Source of the DNA: an uncultured Actinomycetes bacterium
GTDB taxonomy: Bacteria; Actinomycetota; Thermoleophilia; RBG-16-64-13
DNA: 64,000 nt
Assembly: GCA_963841735.1 (NCBI GenBank)
Contig: CAWJDT010000001.1
Span: forward strand, 864,001 to 928,000
Direction of reading: 5' to 3'
A model generated the notes under the pieces. That model was not told the DNA's origin, did not search any database, and saw only the letters and a list, made by a program, of their open reading frames with translations. The position numbers and the translations under genes were made by a program. Shown piece by piece: positions 25,442-35,607 of this stretch; position 1 is the stretch's first letter; each line of letters opens with the position of its first letter.

Positions 25442-27277
25442 TCAGGCTACAGGCAAACGCACCGTGAAGGTGGAGCCGACCCCGATAGTGCTCCGTAGCT
25501 CCACCCTACCGCCGTGGCGCTCGGCGACGTGCCGGACGATACTCAGGCCCAACCCGGTGCCTCCCGTTTCGCGCGAACGCGCTTTGTCCACCCGGTAGAA
25601 ACGTTCGAATACTCGCTGCTGATCGGCCAAGGGGATACCCACCCCATCATCGGACACGCTGAGCACTGCCCAGCGTTGGCCTTTCGCCTCCTCGTAGTTC
25701 TCAAGGCGGAGCGTGATATGCCCACCGGGTTCGGTGTAGCGCACGGCGTTCTCAAGCAGGTTGCGAACGAGGGTGCGCAGGGCGACGTCGTCGCCTCTGA
25801 CTTCCAGTCTGCCCGGGACCTCGACGGTCAGCTCGTGGCGCTTGGCTTCGGCCAGCGGCTGCGCCTCGGCGGCTATCTCCGTGGACACTAGGGCCAAGTC
25901 CACAGGGCGTAGCTCCGCCTCGGCTGCCGTCTCCTGCTCCTCCAGGCGGGACAGCGTGAGAAGGTCGTTGGTCAACTCCGTGAGCCGGCCGATCTCCTTG
26001 GCAAGACGGTCAACGAACTGCTCGGCCTGTTGGGGGTCCTCTCTCACAGCATCGTGAAGAGTCTGGGCGAGAAGCGACAATCCGGCCAGAGGCGTCTTCA
26101 GTTCGTGCGAGACGTTGGTTGCGAAATCCCGCCGCATGCGGTCGGTATTGCGCCGCGCCGTCTCGTCGCGGATGACGAAGAGCATCGGCACACCGCCCCC
26201 GCGCGCGGGCTGGGCTCCGCCGCCCGCCGCACTGGACGCAGTCAGCGGCACTACCTCGACGGTCAGCGACCGTCCCCCGGCGAGTTCCAGGACTTCGGTG
26301 ATGGGGCGGCCGGCCGCATGTGCCTTCTCTGCCAGAGACCGGGAGGGGAAAGCGCGGGCCGCCACCCCCAGGGGGCTTCCCTCCGCCTGGGAGAGGTCGA
26401 TCTGCAGGATGCGGTCGGCGGCCGGATTGCTTCGTACGAGGCGGCCTTCAGCGTTGGCGACAAGCACTCCCTCGGTCATGGCTGCCAGTACCAGGCTCGT
26501 ACGCTCCATCTCGGTCCGTAGGAGATCACTACGGGTCTCAAGCTGGGCTGCCATGCTGTTGAGAGAGTCGGCGAGCTCGCCCATTTCGTCATTTCTGCGC
26601 ACGCTCGTTCGGTGGGCAAAGTCGCCAGAGGCCACTTGGGCGGTCATATGGCCCAGACGCTGCAAGGGTTTGACTATGGAGTGGGTGAGCAGATAGGCGG
26701 CCAGGAGCGTGGGCAGCAGAAGCACGGCCCAGACGAGCAACGGTATCCGCCACGAAGCGGCGACCATGGCGTCCACGCGGCCGGCGGGCTGCGCGATGCG
26801 GACCACCCCAGACGACCAGGCCGCGTCGCCAGCGGGTAGCGGGACGGCTACGTAGACCTCCTCTTGGCCCAGGGTGGCGGAGTAGCGGCGTTCGGCCGCC
26901 TCTTGTCCGACAAGCGCCTGTGCCACCTCCGTCCGGCTACGGTGGTTGTCCAGCGAGGCCGGGTCGGCTTGCGAATCGGCGAGCACCGCGCCTTCATGGT
27001 CGATCACGGTGAAGCGGGCGTCCGCGGCGGTGCCGACCCGCACAGTGAGTGCCTGTAGGTCGAGCGGACCGGCATCTCCGCCTGCGTCGGGCGGGTCGCT
27101 CGAATCACCCAGTACCACCAGGGTGGCTGCGTACTGATGGGCCTGCCGCAACATCTCGTCTTCGAGGCGGTCGAGGAACACCCCTCGCAGCGCCAGGGCG
27201 GCGACCAGCGCCACTATCCCCGCGAAGATCAGGGTGGCGACGGCGAAGGCCAGCGGCAGTCTCCAGCGGATGCGCAT
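25442..27277 (-). CDS. phoR: Phosphate-regulon sensor histidine kinase (TM, HAMP, PAS, HisKA, HATPase)
   Basis: 'LDNHRSRTEV' extracellular motif, HAMP, 'DFATNVSHELKTPL', 'FERFYRVDKARSRETGGTGLGL'; adjacent to the pst operon. Confidence 0.88.
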   Translation of the reverse strand: MRIRWRLPLAFAVATLIFAGIVALVAALALRGVFLDRLEDEMLRQAHQYAATLVVLGDSSDPPDAGGDAGPLDLQALTVRVGTAADARFTVIDHEGAVLADSQADPASLDNHRSRTEVAQALVGQEAAERRYSATLGQEEVYVAVPLPAGDAAWSSGVVRIAQPAGRVDAMVAASWRIPLLVWAVLLLPTLLAAYLLTHSIVKPLQRLGHMTAQVASGDFAHRTSVRRNDEMGELADSLNSMAAQLETRSDLLRTEMERTSLVLAAMTEGVLVANAEGRLVRSNPAADRILQIDLSQAEGSPLGVAARAFPSRSLAEKAHAAGRPITEVLELAGGRSLTVEVVPLTASSAAGGGAQPARGGGVPMLFVIRDETARRNTDRMRRDFATNVSHELKTPLAGLSLLAQTLHDAVREDPQQAEQFVDRLAKEIGRLTELTNDLLTLSRLEEQETAAEAELRPVDLALVSTEIAAEAQPLAEAKRHELTVEVPGRLEVRGDDVALRTLVRNLLENAVRYTEPGGHITLRLENYEEAKGQRWAVLSVSDDGVGIPLADQQRVFERFYRVDKARSRETGGTGLGLSIVRHVAERHGGRVELRSTIGVGSTFTVRLPVA

Positions 27278-28005
27278 CAGCCGGCGCCTTTCGTCCCGGC
27301 TCCTAGGCGATAGCCCACTCCGCGGACCGTCTGCAGGGTCGCCCCCGCGCCGATGTGCTCCAACTTCGCGCGCAGTCTGCGGATATGCACGTCAAGGCTG
27401 CGCGACGCGGGCGCATAGCGCTGGTGCCAGACCCGCTCGACTATCTCCTCGCGGGGGAACAGGTGGCCCGGACGCGAGAGGAGCAGCTCAAGCAAGTCGT
27501 ATTCCTTGGGGTTGAGACCGATCTCCCCTCGGGTGGCCCGCACGGCGTGAGTGTCACGGTCGAGCACCAGATCGCCGGTGGCGATCGTGGCCGTCTCCGC
27601 CGGCCCCTCGGGGAGGGCCATGCCTGCGGGGGCGCGCCGCAGGCGCGCCTGGATGCGGGCGAGCAGCACGTCGAGGTCGAAGGGTTTGGTTATGTAGTCG
27701 TCGGCCCCGGCTTGGAAGCCCTCCAGCATGGTCTCACGCTCGCTGCGTGCCGTGAGCATGATGATGGGCAGGTCGGGCTTGCGTCGTACGATCTCCCTGC
27801 TCACAGCAAGGCCGTCGAGCCCGGGGAGCATCAGGTCGAGGAGCACCAGGTCGACGTCGCTTGCGAGCGCAGTCTCAAGCCCGGTGCGGCCGTTGTGCTC
27901 CTGTAGCACCTCGTAGCCTGCCCGTTTCAGGTTGTAGGTGACAAGGTCGGAGATGGTGGCGTCGTCTTCCACCAGCAGGATGCGCTTTTCTTGCGGTTGA
28001 GCCAT
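27277..28005 (-). CDS. phoP: OmpR/PhoB-family response regulator
   Basis: Start set at ATG 28005; 'LLVEDD', 'LDLMLPG', 'GADDYITKPF', 'SRSLDVHIRRLRAKL', 'TVRGVGYR'; divergent from pstS. Confidence 0.85.
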   Translation of the reverse strand: MAQPQEKRILLVEDDATISDLVTYNLKRAGYEVLQEHNGRTGLETALASDVDLVLLDLMLPGLDGLAVSREIVRRKPDLPIIMLTARSERETMLEGFQAGADDYITKPFDLDVLLARIQARLRRAPAGMALPEGPAETATIATGDLVLDRDTHAVRATRGEIGLNPKEYDLLELLLSRPGHLFPREEIVERVWHQRYAPASRSLDVHIRRLRAKLEHIGAGATLQTVRGVGYRLGAGTKGAG

Positions 28006-28050
28006 CCGTCCTCCGAGCAGGAGCGCCGGGGTGGTCAGGGCGGTCCGCAC

Positions 28051-28081
28051 AATTAACCGGGCTGTAACGCAGTGTTAACAA
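28051..28081 (+). promoter_or_regulatory. PHO-box-like direct repeats
   Basis: TTAAC (28053), GTAAC (28064) and TTAAC (28075) at an exact 11-bp period between divergent phoP and pstS. Confidence 0.75.
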
Positions 28082-28166
28082 CAGTTGCCTTGGGCATTGT
28101 TAGCCTACCAGACGTACGCAAAGGAAATTGGATGATGCAGCAAAGAGGAAAGCGGAGGAGACAGGA

Positions 28167-29300
28167 ATGATCTTAGGCAAGAATTCAGTGACGCGCACGA
28201 GCTTGGTCGCGGTCATGGCGATCGCGCTTCTCATGGTGGCCGCGGCGGGCATAGCCGTCGGCGGCTGCGGTGGCGGCAGTGATCTTCCCAGCGCGGGTGG
28301 CACCGCGGGCACGGCCGGTGGCATCGACACGACCCAAGGCGCTCTGACCGCCGGCCTCAACGGTGCCGGCGCCACCTTTCCCGAACCGCTGTACGTGGAA
28401 TGGGTCGGCGAGTTCCAGCTGGGCAACCCTGACGTGACCATCAACTATCAGGGTATAGGTTCCGGGGGCGGCATCGAGCAGTTCACCAAGCTGACTGTCG
28501 ACTTCGGCGCTTCCGACGCTCCTATGAAGGACGAAGAGCTTGCGGCTGCTGAGGCCTCCGGCGGAGCCAAAGTCCTGCACATCCCCACTGTGTTCGGCGC
28601 CGTGGTGCTGGCCTACAACCTCGACGGTGTGGACGAGCTCAAACTTGACGCCGACACTCTGGCGGCCATCTTCCTGGGCAACGTCACCAACTGGGACGAT
28701 CCCGCGGTCGCGGCTCTCAATCCGGGGGCCACCCTGCCTGACAAAGCCATTCAGGTGGTCCACCGCTCCGACTCGTCGGGTACCACCAACATCTTCACCG
28801 GCTACCTAGCCAAGGCATCCAGCGAATGGGCCGGCAAGGTGGGCGAAGGTAAAGAAGTGCAATGGCCCGTGGGCGTCGGCGGCCAGGGCAACGACGGCGT
28901 GGCCGCTGTGGTGCAGCAGCAGACCGGCAGCATCGGGTACGTGGAATATTCCTATGCGAGCGAGTCGGGGCTGAGTATGGCGACTCTCAAGAACAAGTCG
29001 GGCAACTTCATCGTGCCAAGCCTGGAAGCCACCTCGGCCGCCGCGGTCGGCGTGACCTTTCCCGCCGACCTGCGCTTCTCGGTGAGCGACAGCGAAGGAG
29101 CCCAGGCCTACCCCATCGTGGGCGCCACCTGGATACTGGCGTTTGAGAAGATGAGCGATCCCGCCAAGGCGGCAGCCTTGAAGGCCTGGCTTACCTGGTC
29201 ACTGAATGACGGGACGGCCATCGCCCAGGAACTCGGCTACGCTCCTCTCTCGGAGGAATTGAAAGCTCTTGCTCAAGCGAAGATTGACTCCATCAACTGA
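28167..29300 (+). CDS. pstS: Phosphate ABC transporter substrate-binding lipoprotein
   Basis: Lipobox-like 'VGGC'; 'GAGATFP', 'GSGGGI', 'DFGASD', 'HRSDSSGTT', 'YPI'. Confidence 0.95.
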   Translation: MILGKNSVTRTSLVAVMAIALLMVAAAGIAVGGCGGGSDLPSAGGTAGTAGGIDTTQGALTAGLNGAGATFPEPLYVEWVGEFQLGNPDVTINYQGIGSGGGIEQFTKLTVDFGASDAPMKDEELAAAEASGGAKVLHIPTVFGAVVLAYNLDGVDELKLDADTLAAIFLGNVTNWDDPAVAALNPGATLPDKAIQVVHRSDSSGTTNIFTGYLAKASSEWAGKVGEGKEVQWPVGVGGQGNDGVAAVVQQQTGSIGYVEYSYASESGLSMATLKNKSGNFIVPSLEATSAAAVGVTFPADLRFSVSDSEGAQAYPIVGATWILAFEKMSDPAKAAALKAWLTWSLNDGTAIAQELGYAPLSEELKALAQAKIDSIN

Positions 29301-30255
29301 CCCCAACCTCGTCCCCGCCGGGACTGCGTCCGCAGGAACCTGGCAGCGGAAGGGAGTCGGCCGCAGGGCCGATTCCCTGTTCGCCATCTTTGCCGCGCTC
29401 TCCGGGGTGCTTGTCTTGCTGGTGCTGGGCTGGATGGTCGTTTCCACCACGGGTACGGCACTGCCCGTCTTCAGGTCGCAGGGCATCTCCTTTATTACCG
29501 GCAGTGAGTGGAGCCCAAGCAAGGGGCAGTTCGGCAGTCTCGCGTTCGTCTACGGCACAGTGATCACCTCGGTCATCGCCCTTCTCATCGCCGTGCCTCT
29601 CAGCCTGGGCGTCGCCTTGTTCCTCACCGAGTACTCCCCCAAGAGGTTGAAAGGGCCCATCGGCTTTGCCGTGGACCTGCTGGCGGCCGTTCCCAGCGTC
29701 ATCTACGGACTATGGGGAGTCTTCGTTCTTCTCCCGCTCTTTCTGCAGCCGGTTTCGGACTTCTTGGCTCACAACCTAGGGTTCATCCCCATCTTCAAGG
29801 GTCCCGCCTCGGGCTTGTCGTACTTCGGTGCGGGGGTGGTCCTGGCCATCATGATCACGCCTATCATCACGTCCCTTTGCCGGGAGGTCTTTGAGACGGT
29901 TCCCAATGCCGACCGACAGGCCGCTTACGCGCTGGGGGCGACCAAGTGGGAGATGATCCGCCAGGTCGTGCTACCACGCGGGCGAGCGGGGATCGTGGGA
30001 GCGGTCATGCTTGGTCTCGGCCGCGCACTGGGCGAGACCATCGCAGTCGCTCTGATCATAGGCTCCGCCGCCAAGATCGACGCCTCCTGGCTGAAGCCCG
30101 GCTATACCATGGCCGCCGTCATCGCCAACCAGTTCCAGGAGGCCACTGGCGACCACATCAGGGCGCTGGTGGGGGTTGGAGTGGTTCTGTTCGTGATGAC
30201 CATAGTCGTCAACATGGGCGCCCGGGCGCTCGTGTGGAGGTTCAACCGGGTATGA
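29269..30255 (+). CDS. pstC: Phosphate ABC transporter permease
   Basis: 'DLLAAVPSVIYGLWG', 'AAYALGATKWE', 'LGLGRALGETIAV'. Start uncertain. Confidence 0.93.
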   Translation: MLKRRLTPSTDPNLVPAGTASAGTWQRKGVGRRADSLFAIFAALSGVLVLLVLGWMVVSTTGTALPVFRSQGISFITGSEWSPSKGQFGSLAFVYGTVITSVIALLIAVPLSLGVALFLTEYSPKRLKGPIGFAVDLLAAVPSVIYGLWGVFVLLPLFLQPVSDFLAHNLGFIPIFKGPASGLSYFGAGVVLAIMITPIITSLCREVFETVPNADRQAAYALGATKWEMIRQVVLPRGRAGIVGAVMLGLGRALGETIAVALIIGSAAKIDASWLKPGYTMAAVIANQFQEATGDHIRALVGVGVVLFVMTIVVNMGARALVWRFNRV

Positions 30256-31190
30256 GCGGAAACCGCGACACCATCTCAGGCGCCACCGAGGCCGGGCGGT
30301 GGGCCGGCACTAGGATCGGCCCGGGCGTCTCGCTCAAAGACTGCCGGCCCACCCGCCGCCGTGTTTGGCGCAATCGAAGGAACACCACGTTCGTCTTGCT
30401 GGCTGTCGGTCTCACCATGATCCCGGTGGTGCTGATCCTCTATCAGGTGATCGCGAAGGGCATCGCCACCATGGGATGGGAGTTTCTCACCAGCTCTATG
30501 CCGCTCAGTTTTCGCCGGGAGGGCGGTGGCTTCCTGAACGGACTCGTGGGCACGGGCATCATGGTGGGGCTGGCGGCAGCGGTCTCGATACCGCTGGGCA
30601 TCCTGGCCGCGGTCTATCTGACGGAGTATGGCAAGAAGAACTGGCTGGCCAAGCTCGTCCGCTTCTTCTCGGACGTCATGACCGGCGTGCCCTCGGTCTT
30701 TGTGGGCCTCTTCGTCTACACCGCGCTGGTCATACAATTCGGTTTCGGGGCACTGATGGGCGCGGCCGCCTTGGCCATCATCATGATGCCCATCATCGTG
30801 CGTTCCACCGAGGAGATGCTCAAGCTGGTCCCGCCCGAACTCAAGGACGCAAGCTATGCCTTGGGCGCGGCCAAGTGGCAGACCGTCACCAAGGTGGTTC
30901 TTCCGTCGGCCGCCCCGGGCATCACCACCGGGGTGATGCTGGCGGTAGCCAGGGCCGCGGGAGAGACGGCCCCTCTTATCCTCACCGCCTTGGGCGCCTA
31001 CCAGCTGACGGCGAAGTTGTGGGGAGCGCCGATCTCATCGCTGACGCTGGCCATCTACGACGGCGCCAGAAACCCGTTCGCGGCTGGGCAGGCCAGGGCC
31101 TGGGCGGGGGCGCTTGAACTGCTAATCATCGTGCTGGTGTTCACTGTCGTGGCCCGCGTGGTGGCCTCAAGGAGCCGGATATCAAGATGA
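30252..31190 (+). CDS. pstA: Phosphate ABC transporter permease
   Basis: ATG 30252 overlaps the pstC stop (ATGA); '[10 protein letters not shown]', 'ASYALGA', '[10 protein letters not shown]'. Confidence 0.93.
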   Translation: MSGNRDTISGATEAGRWAGTRIGPGVSLKDCRPTRRRVWRNRRNTTFVLLAVGLTMIPVVLILYQVIAKGIATMGWEFLTSSMPLSFRREGGGFLNGLVGTGIMVGLAAAVSIPLGILAAVYLTEYGKKNWLAKLVRFFSDVMTGVPSVFVGLFVYTALVIQFGFGALMGAAALAIIMMPIIVRSTEEMLKLVPPELKDASYALGAAKWQTVTKVVLPSAAPGITTGVMLAVARAAGETAPLILTALGAYQLTAKLWGAPISSLTLAIYDGARNPFAAGQARAWAGALELLIIVLVFTVVARVVASRSRISR

Positions 31191-32086
31191 CATACGAGGA
31201 TTTGGAACCGGTGGGCGCGGGCGGCTCGGACGGCACGGAGGTCAGCATTCCTTCGCTGGCCGGCGTTGCCACGAGAGGCGAGGAGGGGACCTCTACCGGA
31301 TCGGGCGAGAAGCCGGTGTTCACCATCCGTGACCTGAACGTGCACTATGGCAAGAGCATCGCCCTCAAGGGTGTCACCATGGACATCCGACCACGCCGCA
31401 TCACGGCCATCATCGGCCCTTCTGGGTGCGGCAAGAGTACCCTCATTCGCTGTTTCAATCGCATGAACGAGTTGATCCCAGGAGCCAAGGTCTCCGGCGA
31501 GGTCCGTTACCACGGCGAGGATATCTACGGCCCCGGGGTCGACCCCGTGGTTGTGCGGCGTCACATCGGCATGGTGTTCCAACGTCCCAACCCCTTTCCC
31601 AAGTCCATCTACGAGAATGTGGCCTTTGGGGCCAAGATCAACGGCTACAAAGGGGATATGGACGAGCTTGTCGAGAAGTCACTACGTCGCGCCGCATTGT
31701 GGGATGAGGTGAAGAACACGCTGAAGAAGAGCGCTCTTGACCTCTCGGGCGGGCAACAACAGCGTCTGTGCATCGCGCGCGCGATCGCGGTGGAGCCCGA
31801 CGTGATCCTCATGGACGAGCCCGCGTCGGCGTTGGACCCTATCGCCACCACTAGGATCGAAGACCTCATGCAGGAGCTCAAGCAGGACTACTCGATAATC
31901 ATCGTCACGCACAACATGCAGCAGGCCGCCCGCGTATCGGACGAGACCGCCTTCCTCTACACTGAGGTCGATGAGGCCACCTCGGCTCGTTGGGGCATAT
32001 TGGTCGAATTCGGCGATACCGCGCGCATATTCACCAAGCCACGCGACAAGCGCACAGAAGACTACGTTTCGGGCCGTTTCGGATAG
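31187..32086 (+). CDS. pstB: Phosphate ABC transporter ATP-binding protein
   Basis: Walker A 'GPSGCGKST', '[18 protein letters not shown]', '[14 protein letters not shown]', 'DEPASALDP'. Confidence 0.96.
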   Translation: MTYEDLEPVGAGGSDGTEVSIPSLAGVATRGEEGTSTGSGEKPVFTIRDLNVHYGKSIALKGVTMDIRPRRITAIIGPSGCGKSTLIRCFNRMNELIPGAKVSGEVRYHGEDIYGPGVDPVVVRRHIGMVFQRPNPFPKSIYENVAFGAKINGYKGDMDELVEKSLRRAALWDEVKNTLKKSALDLSGGQQQRLCIARAIAVEPDVILMDEPASALDPIATTRIEDLMQELKQDYSIIIVTHNMQQAARVSDETAFLYTEVDEATSARWGILVEFGDTARIFTKPRDKRTEDYVSGRFG

Positions 32087-32112
32087 GCAGACCTGAAGGA
32101 CGGAGAGAAGGC

Positions 32113-32763
32113 ATGCGGGAATCGTTCCACAGAGAACTGCAGGACCTCGATGAAGCGATCATTCGTCTAGGGGCGCTCGTAGAGCGGAGCGCGCAACTGG
32201 CCACGACCGCTCTCGTCGAAAGCGACAAGGAGCTGGCACAGAAGGTCCGCGATGGTGATGACGAGATCGATGCCCTCTACCTGGACATCGAGAAGCGCTC
32301 TCTCACCCTGTTGGCCCAGCAGGCTCCGGTGGCCGGTGACCTGCGTCTGATCGTGGCTATTCTGCGAGTGCTCAACGACCTGGAACGGTCGGGAGACTTG
32401 GCTTACAACATCGCCAAACTGGCGCAGTTAGAGGACTTCCGAGGGCCGGGTCTCAAGGATGTGCGCGCCCTGGTGGCCGAACTGGGACGAGCGGCGGCGA
32501 GGCTGACCGGGGCAGCCGTCGATGCTTGGGCGGCCAAGGATGAGGTCCTGGCGGCCGACATCGCCCGACAAGACGACGCTCTGGACGAAATGCACGCCCG
32601 ACTCATCGGGCAATTGGTCGAGCTCAAGGGCGAGGACAGTCTGGCTCCTGCCATTCGCTTGGCCATGATAGGTCGCTACTTCGAACGCATCGGCGACCAC
32701 GCCGTTAATTTGGGCGAGAGTGTGCGCTACTTCCTCACAGGCGACGAGCAGCACCTGGGCTAG
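32113..32763 (+). CDS. phoU: Phosphate signalling/uptake regulator
   Basis: 'DDEID', 'QAPVAGDLR', 'DLERSGD', 'FERIGDHAVN'. Confidence 0.93.
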   Translation: MRESFHRELQDLDEAIIRLGALVERSAQLATTALVESDKELAQKVRDGDDEIDALYLDIEKRSLTLLAQQAPVAGDLRLIVAILRVLNDLERSGDLAYNIAKLAQLEDFRGPGLKDVRALVAELGRAAARLTGAAVDAWAAKDEVLAADIARQDDALDEMHARLIGQLVELKGEDSLAPAIRLAMIGRYFERIGDHAVNLGESVRYFLTGDEQHLG

Positions 32764-32817
32764 AAGGCTGCCGGTCGAGCGGTGGGTGCTCGGGGGAAGC
32801 CGACGCGGGCGGCGAGC

Positions 32818-33642
32818 CTACGACAGGATGTCTTTGCGCCGGAAGTGTAGCCAGGCGAGACCGGTAGTTGCGCCTATCCACACCGCGAAGGTGATGAGGG
32901 CGTCACGGATGGGGTCCCAGGAGATGGGATCGCGGAACAGGTTGATCCAGGCCGTGAAGTGGCTGGTGAAGAGGTAGGGCCTCAAGAAGTCAAGCGCGCT
33001 CAGACTGCCAAGGATCGCCAAGATGATAACCAGCACCATGGCGCCGGCGACGGCGGTAAGGCTCGAGTTTGTGAGCGTGGAGAGAAGCAGGGCCAGCGAG
33101 ACGATGGCCGCCATCGCCACCAGGACGAAGAGGTAGGCGGCGAAGATCAGGCCGATCGCGTGGCCTATGCCGATGGGCGGGCCGCTCATGAGCACCATGG
33201 GCTTGAAACCGAAGATGGCTCCTCCTGAGATGAACGAGCCTGCGAGAAGCACCAGAAGCCCAAGGGCGATGTAGAGGTTGGCGGCCGACCATTTGGCGAA
33301 GAGCAGGGTGCCCCGCCGCACAGGCTGCATGAGGACGGTGCGCAGAGTGCCGTTCTCGGCTTCGCCCGCGATGGTCTGACTGCCCGACATGGCCGCCAGT
33401 AGAGGCAGCAGGAAGGTCGAGAGGGCGACCAGCGAGCCGAGGGCGACGTACAGGCCGTTGGATGCGAGCTCATTGAGGAAGAACGCCCCGCCCTCCTCGC
33501 CTCCGCTTGGCTGTCCATGGGGGCTGGTGGCAAGGCGCATGGCGATGCTGAACAAGAACGGCACTACGAAGAGGCCGGCCAAGCCGAGGTAGGTGCGCTT
33601 CTGGAAGCGGAGTTTGACGAACTCGCGGGTTAGGTGGCTCAT
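32818..33642 (-). CDS. ABC-2 type exporter permease
   Basis: Six TM segments; 'IAGEAENGTLRTVLMQPVRR...AK'; C-terminal 'FRRKDI'. Confidence 0.88.
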   Translation of the reverse strand: MSHLTREFVKLRFQKRTYLGLAGLFVVPFLFSIAMRLATSPHGQPSGGEEGGAFFLNELASNGLYVALGSLVALSTFLLPLLAAMSGSQTIAGEAENGTLRTVLMQPVRRGTLLFAKWSAANLYIALGLLVLLAGSFISGGAIFGFKPMVLMSGPPIGIGHAIGLIFAAYLFVLVAMAAIVSLALLLSTLTNSSLTAVAGAMVLVIILAILGSLSALDFLRPYLFTSHFTAWINLFRDPISWDPIRDALITFAVWIGATTGLAWLHFRRKDILS

Positions 33643-34631
33643 GGCTCCTGCCCTGGTTGCCCCGGGGCGCCGGGAGAGGTGAGTTCGAGGAACATGTCCT
33701 CCAGGCTTTGCTCGCGGGCGGGGACCACGGCCAGAATGTCTACGTGATCGGCTACCAGCCTCCGTACCATCTCGGGCACTATGTCCTCGGAGGCCTCGAC
33801 CACCAGATAGTCGCCGTCCTCGGCGACCAGGGCGGGGGCCACGAGAGGGCGCAGGACCTCAAGCGCGCGGCCCTTGTCCCCGGTGAGGAACTTAACAGCG
33901 CCGCCGGCCGGACGTAGCTCCGAGACGGGTCCCTGGACCACAAGACGTCCCTTCTGCAGAATGGCGGCTTGGTCGCAGACCAGTTCGACCTCGTGCAGCA
34001 GGTGAGAAGAAAGGAACACCGTGGTGCCTTGGCGACCCAGGTCGCGGATCAACTCGCGCACGTCCTTCATGCCCTGGGGATCGAGCCCGCTGGTAGGCTC
34101 GTCGAGGATGATCAAGTCGGGATTATGGATCAAGGCCAGGGCGATGCCCAATCGCTGCCGCATGCCGTGGGAATAGCTCCCAACCTTCGACTTGCCGCGC
34201 TCGGACAGTCCCACCATCTCCAACACTTCGGTGATGCGCTCCTCGGTAACCTCGCCGTTCATGCGGCCCAAGAGGCCCAGGTTGCGCCTGGCGCTCATGC
34301 TGGCGTAGAAGGTGGGATCGTCGACGAAGCCGCCCATGTGGCGCAGGGCACTCTGCTTGTCTTCGGGGACCCGGTGCCCGAGCACCTCCACGTGACCGGC
34401 GGTGGGGTGGATGAGTCCGAAGGCTAGGCGGATGGTCGTGGTCTTGCCCGCCCCGTTGGGTCCCAAGAAGCCGAAGACGTCGCCGCGCCTCACCGATATG
34501 TCGAGGCGGTCGACCGCGCGCAGCTTCTTGAAGTCTTTGGTTAGGCCGTGGGTGGATAGCACCACCTGCCGCTCATTTGAAGCGCCTGATGGCGGAGGAA
34601 GGAGGGAGTCGTGTAGGGGTAGCTCTATCAC
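33639..34631 (-). CDS. ABC exporter ATP-binding protein (BcrA-like)
   Basis: 'GPNGAGKTT', 'YSHGMRQRLG', 'LDEPTSGLDP', 'SSHLL'. The GTG start lies 6 nt after a TACAGT -10 box, so it is probably leaderless. Confidence 0.92.
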   Translation of the reverse strand: MIELPLHDSLLPPPSGASNERQVVLSTHGLTKDFKKLRAVDRLDISVRRGDVFGFLGPNGAGKTTTIRLAFGLIHPTAGHVEVLGHRVPEDKQSALRHMGGFVDDPTFYASMSARRNLGLLGRMNGEVTEERITEVLEMVGLSERGKSKVGSYSHGMRQRLGIALALIHNPDLIILDEPTSGLDPQGMKDVRELIRDLGRQGTTVFLSSHLLHEVELVCDQAAILQKGRLVVQGPVSELRPAGGAVKFLTGDKGRALEVLRPLVAPALVAEDGDYLVVEASEDIVPEMVRRLVADHVDILAVVPAREQSLEDMFLELTSPGAPGQPGQEP

Positions 34632-34656
34632 GAATGCACTGTAGCACGCGCCAATA

Positions 34657-34681
34657 TTCAGGCGTTCAGGATTAGTTCAGG
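34657..34681 (-). promoter_or_regulatory. OmpR-family-type direct repeats upstream of the ABC operon
   Basis: GTTCAGG-N4-GTTCAGG (34664-34681, 11-bp period) plus TTCAGG at 34657, at about -26 to -50 of the predicted leaderless ABC promoter and next to an OmpR-type regulator. Confidence 0.55.
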
Positions 34682-34938
34682 AAAGTGGTGCGAATATACA
34701 GCCATGGAGTCACACAGCATTGCTCAACCCCCCTCCTGAGCTGTGGCCCCAACCCTGTCCGGTGGATATCAAACCCAGTCCGGGAATGATATCCACCAAC
34801 GCCCACACGGCGGAGACGGCGTAAGCGGCGTTCGGCACAGCCGAACGCCGCCGCCGCCGTGTGAATCCTAGAATCCCCGCTCCTTTCCCGCCCTTCTCTC
34901 TTGCCCTAGCCGCACCTAGCGGCGATACTACGTTCACT

Positions 34939-35607
34939 ATGCTGGAGCCTCGCATCTTCGTTCTTGAAGACGATCCTCAGATGCGCTCCTTGCTCGTTCG
35001 CGGCTTGCGCGAGGAGGGCTATGAGGTGCAGGGCTTCGCTACGGGCTCGGAGCTGCTACGCAAGGTGGGCGAAGTCGCCCCCGATCTTTTTGTCATCGAC
35101 ATCGGGCTGCCCGACACCGACGGCCGTGACGTCTGCCAGGCCATCCGGGCGCAGGGCTTGAGCGCTCCGGTACTGTTCCTGACGGCCCGCGACTCCCTGT
35201 CCGACCGGCTTTCCGGTTTCAACGTGGGGGGAGACGATTATCTCAGCAAGCCTTTCGCTTTTGCGGAGCTTCTGGCCAGGCTCGAGGCGCTCATCCGCCG
35301 GAGTGGCACCGAACGGAGCATGGAAGTTGCCGGGCTAAGCCTCAACCCGGCTAAGCACGCGGTCACCTGCGGCAATGTGACAGTGCCTCTTACCCCCACC
35401 GAGTTCCGGGTGCTGGCCAAGCTGGCCTCGGCCCCTGGGGAAGCCATCCGGCGCAAGGTCTTGGTCGAGACCGGGTGGTCGCACGGGGCGGTTGTCTATG
35501 ACAACAGCCTGGACGCTTACATCGCTCGCCTGCGTCGCAAGGTCTGCGCTCTTCCCGGCGCCCCCCAGATAGTCACGGTGCGCGGCGTGGGGTACGCCCT
35601 GAAATGA
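34939..35607 (+). CDS. OmpR-family response regulator (MprA/PrrA-like)
   Basis: 'VLEDD', 'IDIGLPDTDG', 'GGDDYLSKPF', 'NSLDAYIARLRRK', 'TVRGVGY'. Confidence 0.9.
   Translation: MLEPRIFVLEDDPQMRSLLVRGLREEGYEVQGFATGSELLRKVGEVAPDLFVIDIGLPDTDGRDVCQAIRAQGLSAPVLFLTARDSLSDRLSGFNVGGDDYLSKPFAFAELLARLEALIRRSGTERSMEVAGLSLNPAKHAVTCGNVTVPLTPTEFRVLAKLASAPGEAIRRKVLVETGWSHGAVVYDNSLDAYIARLRRKVCALPGAPQIVTVRGVGYALK

Noticed and set aside
29946-30251. N-terminal extension of the PstA ORF
   Set aside because: Overlaps pstC; ATG 30252 with an ATGA overlap is the plausible start.
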